A stretch of DNA of 64,000 nt from an uncultured Solirubrobacterales bacterium (GTDB taxonomy: Bacteria; Actinomycetota; Thermoleophilia; Solirubrobacterales; Thermoleophilaceae). The DNA lies in the NCBI GenBank assembly GCA_963716445.1, contig OY970313.1, positions 422,731 to 486,730 on the forward strand, written 5' to 3'. The translations under genes and the position numbers were made by a program. The notes beneath the pieces were generated by a model that was not told the origin of the DNA, did no database searches, and saw nothing but the letters and a program-made list of their open reading frames with translations. Each line of letters opens with the position of its first letter. The stretch's first letter is position 1. Positions 1-8,726 of this stretch are shown here, one piece after another.

Positions 1-1
1 C

Positions 2-256
2 CAGGCGCTCGCGACCGGCGGCTGGCTCGGCCAGGCCGAGGCGCAGCAGGTGCGCGCCGCGGCCGGCCACGACGATCCCGCCGATCGGATGGCGGCGATC
101 AGCGCCCTCGTCACCGAGGAGGCGCGCATCGGCATGCTGGTCGGCGTGGCCGTCGGCTGGGAGCTGGCGCGCGAGTTGGAGTTGGACCCCGCCGGCGAGG
201 GTACGGCGGACAGGGATCGCGCCGGCGGCGGTGCGACGGACACGGACACGGACTGA
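2..256 (+). CDS. 3' end of a gene starting upstream of the window (unknown function, acidic Thr/Asp tail)
   Basis: Frame is open from base 2 to TGA at 254-256. The listed ORF 50..256 is its tail. No recognisable domain. Confidence 0.3.
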   Translation, partial: QALATGGWLGQAEAQQVRAAAGHDDPADRMAAISALVTEEARIGMLVGVAVGWELARELELDPAGEGTADRDRAGGGATDTDTD

Positions 257-271
257 GAGGGAGGAGCAGGG

Positions 272-949
272 ATGGAGATTCGCTTTCTAGGGCAGTCGTG
301 CTTCGAGCTGGTCGAGGGGGATGCGCGCGTCCTGATCGATCCGTTCCTCACCGGCAATCCGAAGGCCGGCGCCGAGGCCTCGGAGATGGAGCCGACGCAC
401 ATCCTGCTCACCCACGGCCACGCCGACCACCTCGGCGACACGGTCGACATCGCCAAGCGGACCGGCGCGCCAGTGATCGCGATCGTCGAGCTGGCGAACG
501 AGATCGCCGCCAAGGGCGTCGAGAACGTAGTCGACCCGAACCTCGGCGGCACCGTCGAGCTGCCCGGCGGCTGGGTGCGGCTGGTCCCGGCCTGGCATAC
601 GGCGGTGACGCCCGACGGGACCCCGCACATGCCGGCGGGGCTGGTGGTGAGGCTCGGCGACACGACCGTCTACCACCTCGGCGACACGTGTCTGTTCTCC
701 GACCTCGCGCTGCCGGGGAAGCGCGACGAGCTCGACGTCGCGTTGATGAACATCGGCGGCCACTACACGATGGACCGCCACGACGCGGTGACCGCCGCGG
801 AGCTGGTCGGCGCCCCGACGGTCATTCCGTGCCACTACGACACCTTCCCGCCGATCGAGACCGACGTCCAGGCGTTCAAGCGGGACGTCGAGGCGCGCAC
901 CGGCTGCTCTGTCGTGGTGCTTGATCCCGGGGAGGCGCACAGCGTGTAG
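272..949 (+). CDS. Metal-dependent hydrolase, MBL fold (UPF0173-like)
   Basis: N-terminus MEIRFLGQSCFEL and the HGHADH metal motif. GGAGG-type RBS (gagggaggagcaggg) precedes the ATG. Confidence 0.9.
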   Translation: MEIRFLGQSCFELVEGDARVLIDPFLTGNPKAGAEASEMEPTHILLTHGHADHLGDTVDIAKRTGAPVIAIVELANEIAAKGVENVVDPNLGGTVELPGGWVRLVPAWHTAVTPDGTPHMPAGLVVRLGDTTVYHLGDTCLFSDLALPGKRDELDVALMNIGGHYTMDRHDAVTAAELVGAPTVIPCHYDTFPPIETDVQAFKRDVEARTGCSVVVLDPGEAHSV

Positions 950-1174
950 GAGCAAGGGGGGTTGGGGCGGTGTGGGGTGTTGGTCTAGCTGGTGGGACCG
1001 ATCCCTTGGCTGGGTAGGGCGGAGAGGAGTGAGTGTTGGTCGGGATGCGGATGTCGCTCGGCCGGCCGTTTTGGTCGGGTGGAAGTTTGATGGGGATATA
1101 GCCCAGTCAATCTTCCACTCGTCTAAATCAGGGGAGTCCCCCGGCCGACCGGTCGGTTGCGTACGGTGAGAGCC

Positions 1175-1726
1175 ATGTCAGCCAGGAGACTCACTGCCCT
1201 CGCCGTGGCCGTTGCGATCGCGTTCGGTGTGGTCGCGTGCGGCGGGGACGACGACGGTGACGCTACGGAGACGGGAGGCGCGGCGACTGGGCAGACGGAG
1301 ACCTCCGCGACCGAGACGGGTTCGGGCGAGACCGATGGCGCGATGGGCACGGAGAACGGTCCGGACGCTGGCGGCGAGGCGGAGGGCGGCGGGGCGGAGG
1401 CTCCGCGCGGGGAGTCGCCGGAGGATCAGCCCGGCGGAGCGGGCGACGAGGTGCCGGCGAGCTCGCAGGCGCTGATCACCGGCCGTGGCGGCAGGCTCCA
1501 TCCGACCGTCGTGCGTGTGCCGCCGTTCATCGCGATCCGGGTCCAGCTGCGGTCGGCGGACGGCGTCGAGTATCGCCTCAGCGGTGGGGGTGGGAAGGTC
1601 GAGGCCGGCGGTGAGATCGAGTCGGCGGCGACGACGTTCGAGGGCCTGCGGGCCGGTGAGCGGCTGGTGTTGAGCGGACCGCAGGGCAAGGTCACGATCG
1701 AGGCGAACGCAGAGCCCGGTCCGTGA
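1175..1726 (+). CDS. Secreted lipoprotein, unknown function
   Basis: MSARRLTALAVAVAIAFGVVAC lipobox signal followed by a Gly/Glu/Thr-rich linker. ATG 1175 lies inside listed ORF 1157..1726 (TTG). Confidence 0.6.
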   Translation: MSARRLTALAVAVAIAFGVVACGGDDDGDATETGGAATGQTETSATETGSGETDGAMGTENGPDAGGEAEGGGAEAPRGESPEDQPGGAGDEVPASSQALITGRGGRLHPTVVRVPPFIAIRVQLRSADGVEYRLSGGGGKVEAGGEIESAATTFEGLRAGERLVLSGPQGKVTIEANAEPGP

Positions 1727-1732
1727 GCTGTA

Positions 1733-1814
1733 GCTTCGGTGCTCGCCGGACCTCGCTCCGGCTAGCTGTGGGACGGTCCTGTGGGACCGGTCCGGCTGCG
1801 CTCCTACGCTGAGC
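1733..1814 (+). repeat. Left copy of an ~82-bp inverted repeat (partner at 4358..4440)
   Basis: The reverse complement of 1733-1814 aligns with 4358-4440 at roughly 88% identity by eye. Contains the 10-bp palindrome GGACCGGTCC (1784-1793). Lies ~70 nt upstream of the R2-like gene ATG. Confidence 0.85.
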
Positions 1815-1884
1815 CGACTTTCATCAGTTGGCCGGCCAGCCAGCCTCGGCTAGGCTTGCCCAGACCGCGAACGGAGGAGCGGAG

Positions 1885-2799
1885 ATGAGTGAGCCGGCGA
1901 TGTCGCGGACCGAGCGCGACGACTTCCAGGCGACGGGGGATCCCGCGCTGAAGGCGGCCTCGGATCAGGGTCGTTCCGAGCTGTTGGACTACGGGGAGCT
2001 CTATCGCCTCTGGGAGCGCCAGCAGTGGCGTACCCAGGACATCGACTTCAGCCAGGATCGGATCGACTGGCATGAGCGGATCCCGCCCGACGAGCGCTTT
2101 CAGCGGATGTATGGGCTGTCGTCGTTCTTCATCGGCGAGCAGCGAGTGGCGGCGGAGCTGGGGCCGATCATGCGCGCCATGCCCGACGAGCAGGCGCGGC
2201 TGTTCCTCTGCACGCAGATCGCCGACGAGGCCCGCCACGTCGCTTTCTTCGACCGCTTCTACGCGGAGGTCGGCGTGCTCGAGGCCGACAACCTCGACGA
2301 CCGGCTCGAGGAGACCAGCGCCCACCTGAACGAGAGCTTCGGCCAGCTCTTCGACGACATGCTGGCGACACGGGTCGACCGCCTGGCGCGCGAGCCGGAG
2401 GACCTCGAGACGCTCGTCGAGGCGATCACGCTCTACCACATGGTGCTCGAGGGGATGCTCGCGCTGACCGGCCAGCACTTCATCCTCGAGTACAACGAGC
2501 AGCAGGGCACGCTGCCCGGCTTCGTCGAGGGCTTCAGCCTCGTCGCGCGCGACGAGCACCGTCACGTCGCCTTCGGCGCCCGCTTCCTGCGCGAGATGGC
2601 GAGCCGCGACCAGCGCTACGGCGACGCGATCCAGCGGACGCTCGTCGAGTGCGGTCCGGCCGCCGATGGCGTCCTGCAGCCGCCGTGGGCCGAGGAGACC
2701 GACGAGATCTTCGGGTACAGCCTCGACGAGACGCGCGCCTTTGCGATGAAGGCGCTCGAGCGGCGCCTGAAGGTCATCGGCCTCGCGCCGGTCGCCTGA
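1885..2799 (+). CDS. Ferritin-like di-iron protein, ribonucleotide reductase R2-like family
   Basis: Two ExxH motifs (ADEARH, RDEHRH) in an R2-like helical context. GGAGG RBS before ATG 1885, inside listed ORF 1828..2799. Confidence 0.8.
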   Translation: MSEPAMSRTERDDFQATGDPALKAASDQGRSELLDYGELYRLWERQQWRTQDIDFSQDRIDWHERIPPDERFQRMYGLSSFFIGEQRVAAELGPIMRAMPDEQARLFLCTQIADEARHVAFFDRFYAEVGVLEADNLDDRLEETSAHLNESFGQLFDDMLATRVDRLAREPEDLETLVEAITLYHMVLEGMLALTGQHFILEYNEQQGTLPGFVEGFSLVARDEHRHVAFGARFLREMASRDQRYGDAIQRTLVECGPAADGVLQPPWAEETDEIFGYSLDETRAFAMKALERRLKVIGLAPVA

Positions 2800-2805
2800 C
2801 AGGCC

Positions 2806-4284
2806 CTAGCTGCCGGGCGGCGGAGGCGGCGGCTGGGGGGCCGACATGTGGCCACCGCTCGGCGGTGGGGGCGGGGGAGGCGTGACGACGGTCGTCGCCG
2901 GCGGGGTGGTCGCCGGTGGTGGGGGCGGGGGAGGCGACGGTGTCGTCGTGGTCGGTGTCGTGTCGGCCGGCGGCGGGGTCGGCTTGGTCTCGGACGGGAG
3001 GGTCACCGTGCCCTCGTCCTCCTGGACGGTCGTCGGTGGCGTTACGGGCGGCGCGGGGACCGCGACGGGCGGAGTGACGGGCGCGGGCGCCGGGGCCGCG
3101 GCGGCCGGCTCGACGGCGGGCTGCTCGACGACCGTCGCGGCGGGTGCCTTCCTGACCGGCTTCGAGCGCGCCGCGGCGGCGGGACCGGCCGGGGGCGCTG
3201 GATGCGTTGCCGGCAGCGAGGACACCTGGGCGACCGGGGGAGCGGACGGCGTGGCGACGTGCTCGACCTCGACTGCGCCCGCCGTGACGATCGCCGCCGC
3301 GGCCATTCCGGCGGCCGCCTTGCCGGCCAGCGTGCCGATGCCCGCCGAGATCGCCCCACCGGCGGCCGCGGCGCCGCCAGACGCCGCCGCGGCGCCACCC
3401 GCGGCCGCGAACCCGGCGCCGCCGGCGACGGTTCCCGATCCGCCGGTGGCCGCCGCGCCGCCTGCGGCTCCGCCGAAGATCCCGAGCTTCGCGAGACCCA
3501 GCTTGTGGAGGACGACGAGCGGCCCGATCGGAGAGATCGCCGCGAGCGCCCTGGTCGTGTTGCGCAGCTCGCCGCGGAAGACGCGGCACTGCTTGCAGGT
3601 CTTGAGATGGCGGCGCGCCGGGGCGGAGGACTTGGTCAGCCCCTCGGCGACCTGGCCGAGCTCGAGCCGGACCTCGGCGCAGGTGAGCAGGCGCGCCTCG
3701 GCCGCCTCGGCGAGGCTCACGCGCGCGCGCACGAGCAGCGACTTGACGCTGGGCACCGTCGTGTCCATCGTCTCGGCGATGTGCTCGTAGGAGAGCGCGT
3801 CGATCTCGCGCAGCAGGAGCGCCGTGCGCTGGCTCTCGGGCAGCAGGCTGACGTCGGCGACGATCTGGCGGAACTCCTCGCGGCGGTGGACGGTGTCGGC
3901 GGTCGACGTGCCGTTCTCGCGCTCGAAGATGTCCATCGAGTCCTGGCCGACCTGCTTCGGCTTGCGCAGGTGGTTGAGGCAGCGGTTGCGGGCGATCCGG
4001 TAGAGCCACGGGCGCGTGTTGATCGGTCGCGTGTCCGCGAGCAGCGCGTTGTAGGAGGCGGCGAAGACCTCCTGCAGGACGTCCTCGGCGTCCTCCTTCG
4101 AGCCGAGCATGTGCCGGCAGAAGGCCAGCAGACGCGGCTGGTAGCGCTGGACCAGCATCTCGAACGCGGCCTGGTTGCCGCGCCGCGTCATCGCAATCAG
4201 CTGCTCGTCGCTGCGCAGCCGCAGAAGGGGCGACCGCCCGGGGGTCCCAGCAAGGGCCGACTGATGTAGTGCGGATGCCTCCAC
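2806..4284 (-). CDS. ECF-type sigma-70 factor fused to a ZAS (HxxxCxxC) anti-sigma motif, a Gly/Ala-rich membrane segment and a Pro-rich tail
   Basis: Region 2 (FEMLVQRYQPRLLAFCRHMLGSKEDAEDVLQEVF, WLYRIARNRCLNHLR) and region 4 (ALLLREIDALSYEHIAETMDTTVPSVKSLLVRAR). Followed by HLKTCKQC, hydrophobic G/A repeats and poly-Pro. GTG start with AGGTGAGG RBS. Confidence 0.85.
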   Translation of the reverse strand: MEASALHQSALAGTPGRSPLLRLRSDEQLIAMTRRGNQAAFEMLVQRYQPRLLAFCRHMLGSKEDAEDVLQEVFAASYNALLADTRPINTRPWLYRIARNRCLNHLRKPKQVGQDSMDIFERENGTSTADTVHRREEFRQIVADVSLLPESQRTALLLREIDALSYEHIAETMDTTVPSVKSLLVRARVSLAEAAEARLLTCAEVRLELGQVAEGLTKSSAPARRHLKTCKQCRVFRGELRNTTRALAAISPIGPLVVLHKLGLAKLGIFGGAAGGAAATGGSGTVAGGAGFAAAGGAAAASGGAAAAGGAISAGIGTLAGKAAAGMAAAAIVTAGAVEVEHVATPSAPPVAQVSSLPATHPAPPAGPAAAARSKPVRKAPAATVVEQPAVEPAAAAPAPAPVTPPVAVPAPPVTPPTTVQEDEGTVTLPSETKPTPPPADTTPTTTTPSPPPPPPPATTPPATTVVTPPPPPPPSGGHMSAPQPPPPPPGS

Positions 4285-4357
4285 GCCTCACCTGGGGAAT
4301 ACCCGCTCCCCAACCCCCTGAGACAACCGTAGCAGCGGCAAGTTGCGGTTTCGTTGC

Positions 4358-4440
4358 GCTGAAGCGGAGGAGCGCAGCCGGACCGGTCCCACAGAACCGC
4401 ACCACAGCTAGCCGGAGCGAGGTCCGGCGAGCACCGCAGC
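4358..4440 (-). repeat. Right copy of the ~82-bp inverted repeat (partner at 1733..1814)
   Basis: Same sequence as 1733-1814 in reverse complement. Palindrome GGACCGGTCC at 4380-4389. Lies ~73 nt upstream of the sigma-factor GTG (4284). Confidence 0.85.
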
Positions 4441-4449
4441 ATGAGTTAG

Positions 4450-4534
4450 TGCCCGGGACGGGATTCGAACCCGCATTGCTCGTGAGAGCCACGCGTTTTA
4501 AGCGCGCTGCCTGGACCAATTCGGCTACCCGGGC
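4450..4534 (-). tRNA. tRNA-Leu (anticodon UAA), class II with long variable arm
   Basis: The reverse complement reads GCCCGGGTAGCCGAATTGGTCCAGGCAGCGCGCTTAAAACGCG...GCGGGTTCGAATCCCGTCCCGGGCA. Acceptor, anticodon loop CTTAAAA and T-arm GGTTCGAATCC all fold. No encoded CCA. Confidence 0.9.
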
Positions 4535-4613
4535 AGGTCGATGGTAGACGGACGGACGTACGACACGGCCGGTTGGCCCTCATCGCCCCCAGCGGGACAG
4601 TCGATGCGACGGT

Positions 4614-5693
4614 GTGGGCTCGCTGCCGTTCCTCTCAGCTGCCCTGGCGGTCATCGGGCTGGGAGGGGCCTACCTGGCCCTCTCCGCGCGTGCGCGCGGC
4701 CTCGCCGACCAGCGGACGACGCTGCTGCAGGAGGTCGGCCTGCTGCAGCGGGCGCTGCTGCCGCCCGTCCCGGCGACGCTCGGCGCGGTCCGGACCTCGG
4801 TCGCCTACCGGCCGTCCGACGGGCCCGGCGCCGGCGGCGACTTCTACGACGCGCTCGTGCTCCCGGGCGAGCGGGCGGCCTTCATCCTCGGCGATGTCTC
4901 GGGGCACGGCCGCGAGGCGGTCGCGCGCACGGCCTTCATGCGCTTCACGCTGCGCGCCTACCTCGAGGCCGGCCTCGAGCCGCGCGAGGCGCTGCAGGTC
5001 GCCGGACCGGTGATCGGCCAGCACCTCGACGGCGACTTCGCGACCGCGGTGATCGCCATCCACGATCCGTCGACCAGCTCGCTGACCTACGCCTGCGCCG
5101 GGCACCCGGCGCCGATCGTCGTCGGTCCCGAGCGGCCCGAGCCGGTGCTCGTCGCATCCTCGCCGCCGGTCGGGCTCGACCTGCGAACCGGGCTGCGCCA
5201 GACGACGCTGCCGCTGCGGCCCGGCGCGGTGATCTGCCTCTACACCGACGGCCTCGCGGAGGCGCGCAAGGCGACCCGGATCCTCGGCCGGCCGCGGCTC
5301 GGCGACTTCGTCGAGCAGCTGAGTCCGACCGCGCCGGCGTCGGAGCTGCTCGAGCGGGTCGCCTCGGAGGCGCGGATCGTGACCGACGACATGGCGGCGG
5401 TGCTCATGCGACCGTCGAGCGTGCTGACCACGCCCGGCGTGCGACGCGAGCTGCTCGAGGTCGACCTCGACGACGCGTCGAGCGGGCTCGCCGAGCGGTT
5501 CCTCGAGGCCTGCTGGGTCGGGCCGGCGGAGCGGGCACTGCTCGCGGCGACCGCCGGGCGGCTCGCCTACCAGCACGGCACCGCCGTCCTCGACGTCGCG
5601 CTGACCTCGCCGCGCCCGCGGGTCGAGGTGCTGCCCGGCAACGTCGTGAGCATCGGCGTCGCCGGCCAATCGCGGGTGGCAGACGTCGGCTGA
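4614..5693 (+). CDS. Membrane-anchored PP2C/SpoIIE-family serine phosphatase
   Basis: N-terminal TM helix, then GGDFYD, GDVSGHG and YTDGLAEA motifs typical of the RsbU/SpoIIE PPM domain. Confidence 0.85.
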   Translation: MGSLPFLSAALAVIGLGGAYLALSARARGLADQRTTLLQEVGLLQRALLPPVPATLGAVRTSVAYRPSDGPGAGGDFYDALVLPGERAAFILGDVSGHGREAVARTAFMRFTLRAYLEAGLEPREALQVAGPVIGQHLDGDFATAVIAIHDPSTSSLTYACAGHPAPIVVGPERPEPVLVASSPPVGLDLRTGLRQTTLPLRPGAVICLYTDGLAEARKATRILGRPRLGDFVEQLSPTAPASELLERVASEARIVTDDMAAVLMRPSSVLTTPGVRRELLEVDLDDASSGLAERFLEACWVGPAERALLAATAGRLAYQHGTAVLDVALTSPRPRVEVLPGNVVSIGVAGQSRVADVG

Positions 5694-5786
5694 CGGCTTC
5701 AAGGAGTGCTTGACAGTTGGATAAGTACGTGTTCTTATCTACTAGTTCTTACTACGGAGGGGTGGTCTGCGAGTGAGGAGCGTGCT

Positions 5787-7604
5787 TTGAGCGGTAGCCG
5801 TGCGCTGGCGCGTGCCGCCAGCATCGCGACCGCCGTCGTACTCCTATCGATCGCGACAACGGCCACGTCGGCGCAGGCGATCTTCGACTTCTCCCCGCCA
5901 CAGACCCTCTCGCATCCAGAGGAGATTGCGACGGATCAGCGGTTGGCGATCGACTCCCGAGATCGCGTTACAGTCGTCTGGAGGGACACCAGCGCCGAGA
6001 ACGCCGTCGTCCGGGCCGTGCGTATCGACCCTCACGGTGTCCCAGGTCCTGTCTACACCCTCTCCGAGGCAGATCGGTCGTCGTCCGAGCCGAGGGTCGC
6101 GGTCGACTCCCAGGGTCGTGCCACCGTGGTGTGGTACAGCGGTCCCGGTGAGTACGTGGTCCAGGCCGTGCGCATCGACGCTGACGGGGTTCCCGGCCCG
6201 GTTTGGACTCTCGCAGGCGGTGGCGTACGCTCTCGCCCGGAGGTCGTAGTCGACTCTCGCGACCGCGCGACAGTGGTGTGGGCCCAGGAGGGAGGAGGGC
6301 TAAGCCCCGCGGTCGCCATGCGGCTCGAGCCGGATGGGACCCCCGGTCCGATCCAGGCGCTCTCCGAACCGGGCGAGTCGGGCTTCCTTCCTCGGGCTGC
6401 GGTCGACTCCCGCGACCGGGTCTCCGTGGCTTGGAGCGCCGACGACTCGATCAAGGCCACCCGCATCGGCGCCGACGGCATCAAAGGACCCGTCGTCTCG
6501 CTGTCGGAGCCCGGTTACTCCAGCTCGCACCAGTTGGCGATCGACTCGCGCGATCGCGCGACCGTCGTGTGGGAGCAGGAGAACGCCTTGACGTCACCGA
6601 GTGGCGACGTCGAGTTCGCGAGGAGGATCAAGGCTGTTCGCCTGAGTGACGAAGGTACGCTGGGGCAGGTTCGCTCGGTCTCCAGCGGGCCCGGTCGAGG
6701 GAGAGAGCCGCAGCTCGCGATCGATTCGCGCGATCGCGTCGTCGTCGTGTGGCGGGACGAGCCCGTCAACTACCTGGGCAACGGCGGGTCTGCGATCGAA
6801 GCGCTCCACTTGAGGAGCAGGGATGGCGCTCCCAGCGGACCTGAGACTCTCGTCCTCTCGTCCCCGGGCGCAGGCGACGTAACCTCGCCAATGGTCGCTA
6901 CGGATACGCGCGGCCGGGCTGTGGTGGTCTGGGACAGCTTCAGCCTCATGGAGTTCCCTGAGCTGCCGGGCTTTCCGTTACCCATCGGCGGTTTTCAATT
7001 GGCGGGCCTGAGCTCCCTGGGCGTTCAGCTCCCCGTCCAGACGCTTTCTGACACCGGCTACGGGGTCAGCTATTCGGCGCCTAACCTGGTGATCGATTCC
7101 CGCGATCAGGTCGTGGTCGCCTGGAGGCGGGACGAGTTCCAGGCGCACGCCGTTCAGATGGCCAGGCAGGTCGGGGCCGTGACACGCGACGGGCCGCCAA
7201 CACCGACTGACGCGCCAAGCCCTTCGCCGGACCGGCGCGAGCTGCGCTTTCCGGACCTGCCTGACGAGGGAGGTGAGGAGTTCCTGGCCATCGGCGCGAG
7301 GGGGGTCGTCGTCAACGGCCGGGTCGTCCTGCGCGGGGTCTGCGGGCCGGGACGCGACTGCGCCGGAGTGCTTGCGGTGTCGACGCGGGGCGGACTTCGG
7401 CGAGCGCAGCGGCGGATCATCGCGCGCGGTCGCTATCGCCTCTCCGCGGGCCGCCGGGGAAAGATCAGGGTGCGGCTGTCCAAGACCGGCCGGCGGTTCG
7501 TGAAGACTCGCGCGGAGCGTGTGGTAGGCGCCGAGGTCCGAATTCGGGGTCTCGGCGGTTCGGTTACGCGGATCAGCCTGCGGCTGGCGCGCGCGTCTCG
7601 CTAG
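5787..7604 (+). CDS. Secreted repeat protein (8 x ~45-70 aa '(A/V)(I/V)DSRDR(A/V)TVVW' units, probable beta-propeller) with a Pro-rich linker and basic C-terminal module
   Basis: TTG 5787 is preceded by GAGGAG and gives the signal peptide MSGSRALARAASIATAVVLLSIATTATSAQA. The listed ORF start 5706 lies in an AT-rich, non-coding-looking stretch. Confidence 0.75.
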   Translation: MSGSRALARAASIATAVVLLSIATTATSAQAIFDFSPPQTLSHPEEIATDQRLAIDSRDRVTVVWRDTSAENAVVRAVRIDPHGVPGPVYTLSEADRSSSEPRVAVDSQGRATVVWYSGPGEYVVQAVRIDADGVPGPVWTLAGGGVRSRPEVVVDSRDRATVVWAQEGGGLSPAVAMRLEPDGTPGPIQALSEPGESGFLPRAAVDSRDRVSVAWSADDSIKATRIGADGIKGPVVSLSEPGYSSSHQLAIDSRDRATVVWEQENALTSPSGDVEFARRIKAVRLSDEGTLGQVRSVSSGPGRGREPQLAIDSRDRVVVVWRDEPVNYLGNGGSAIEALHLRSRDGAPSGPETLVLSSPGAGDVTSPMVATDTRGRAVVVWDSFSLMEFPELPGFPLPIGGFQLAGLSSLGVQLPVQTLSDTGYGVSYSAPNLVIDSRDQVVVAWRRDEFQAHAVQMARQVGAVTRDGPPTPTDAPSPSPDRRELRFPDLPDEGGEEFLAIGARGVVVNGRVVLRGVCGPGRDCAGVLAVSTRGGLRRAQRRIIARGRYRLSAGRRGKIRVRLSKTGRRFVKTRAERVVGAEVRIRGLGGSVTRISLRLARASR

Positions 7605-8640
7605 CTGGACCGCTGGCGGAAGCGGGCGTGACCGCTGCCGGGTCGGGACCGACGCGGACGAGCATCTTGCCGATGTTCTCGCCGCCGAGCAGGCCGGCGA
7701 AGGCGCCGGGCATGCTCTCCAGGCCCTCGACGATCGTCTCGCGGTAACGGACGTCGCCGGAGCGGACCCAGCCGACCATCTCCCTGAGGAACTCGGGCAT
7801 CAGCTTGGCGTGGTCGAGCACGATGAAGCCGCGGATCGTCAGTCGCCGCGGCAGGACCGCGAGGAAGTTGTCCGGCCCGGGCTGCGGGGTCTCCTCGTTG
7901 TACTGGGAGATCGCCCCGCAGAGCGCGATCCGGCCGAAGGTCCGCATCCGCGCCAGCGCCGCGCTGAGGTGGTCGCCGCCGACGTTGTCGAAGTAGACGT
8001 CGATTCCCTTCGGCGCGTGCTCGCGCAGCGCGTCGGCGACCGGCGTCTCCTTGTAGTCGAAGGCGGCGTCGAAGCCGAGCTCGTCGGTCAGCCAGGCGAC
8101 CTTCTCGGGCGAGCCGGCGCTGCCGATCACGCGGCAGCCGCGCAGGCGGGCGATCTGGCCGGCGGCGCTGCCGACCGCTCCGGCGGCGGCTGAGACGAAC
8201 ACCGTGTCGCCCTCGCTCACCGGCGCGACCTCGGTGAGCCCAGCGTAGGCGGTCAGGCCGGGCATGCCGAGCACGCCGAGCGCCGCCGAGATCGGTGGGA
8301 CGGCCGGATAGACGAGCGTGCCGTCGCTGATCGCGTGCTCGCGCCAGCCGCCCATGTGCTGGACCCAGGCGCCCTCCTCGAAGGGGCCGCCGTCCGAGGC
8401 GATCACCTGGCCGACGGCGCCGCCCTCGAGCGCCTCGCCGACCTGATACGGCGGCACGTAGGACTTCACGTCGCGCATCCGCCCGCGCATGTAGGGGTCG
8501 ACCGAGAGGTAGCTGTTGCGGATCAGCATCTCGCCGGGGCCCGGCGCGGGGATCGGCGTCTCGACGATGTCGAAGTTGGCGGCGGTCGGCTCGCCCTCGG
8601 GACGGGAGGCGAGGCGGATCTCGCGGGTGGTCGCGCTCAT
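7573..8640 (-). CDS. NADP-dependent oxidoreductase, medium-chain dehydrogenase/reductase (YncB/CurA/PTGR-like)
   Basis: MSATTREIRLASRPEGEPTAANFDIVETPIP...SVDPYMRGRM and a GAAGAVGS Rossmann motif. ATG 8640 lies inside listed ORF 7573..8709. Confidence 0.9.
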   Translation of the reverse strand: MSATTREIRLASRPEGEPTAANFDIVETPIPAPGPGEMLIRNSYLSVDPYMRGRMRDVKSYVPPYQVGEALEGGAVGQVIASDGGPFEEGAWVQHMGGWREHAISDGTLVYPAVPPISAALGVLGMPGLTAYAGLTEVAPVSEGDTVFVSAAAGAVGSAAGQIARLRGCRVIGSAGSPEKVAWLTDELGFDAAFDYKETPVADALREHAPKGIDVYFDNVGGDHLSAALARMRTFGRIALCGAISQYNEETPQPGPDNFLAVLPRRLTIRGFIVLDHAKLMPEFLREMVGWVRSGDVRYRETIVEGLESMPGAFAGLLGGENIGKMLVRVGPDPAAVTPASASGPASETRAPAAG

Positions 8641-8726
8641 CTGAGGGACCCTAAGGCCTCGGGGAGGGCGCAGCCGGACCGGCCCTACGGCGCGGAGCAC
8701 CGCGGCCATGGCAATAAGATCGGCCG

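Noticed and set aside
950-1000. G-run cluster (GGGGGGTTGGGGCGGTGTGGGGTG...) as a potential G-quadruplex
   Set aside because: Only three tight G4 tracts are present, and the fourth run is far away. In a 70% GC genome this is weak evidence, and there is no positional argument for function.
1105-1135. CTTCCACTCGT upstream of lipoprotein gene 1175, similar to CTTCACTCGT at 51502
   Set aside because: It is a single unit with no phased partners, so it is insufficient to assign to the box regulon.
1733-4440. The 82-bp inverted repeats as ends of a transposon
   Set aside because: There is no transposase or recombinase between them and no obvious target-site duplication. Both copies sit at an equal distance upstream of outward-facing start codons, which fits a shared promoter/operator better. 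It is kept as an alternative in the finding.
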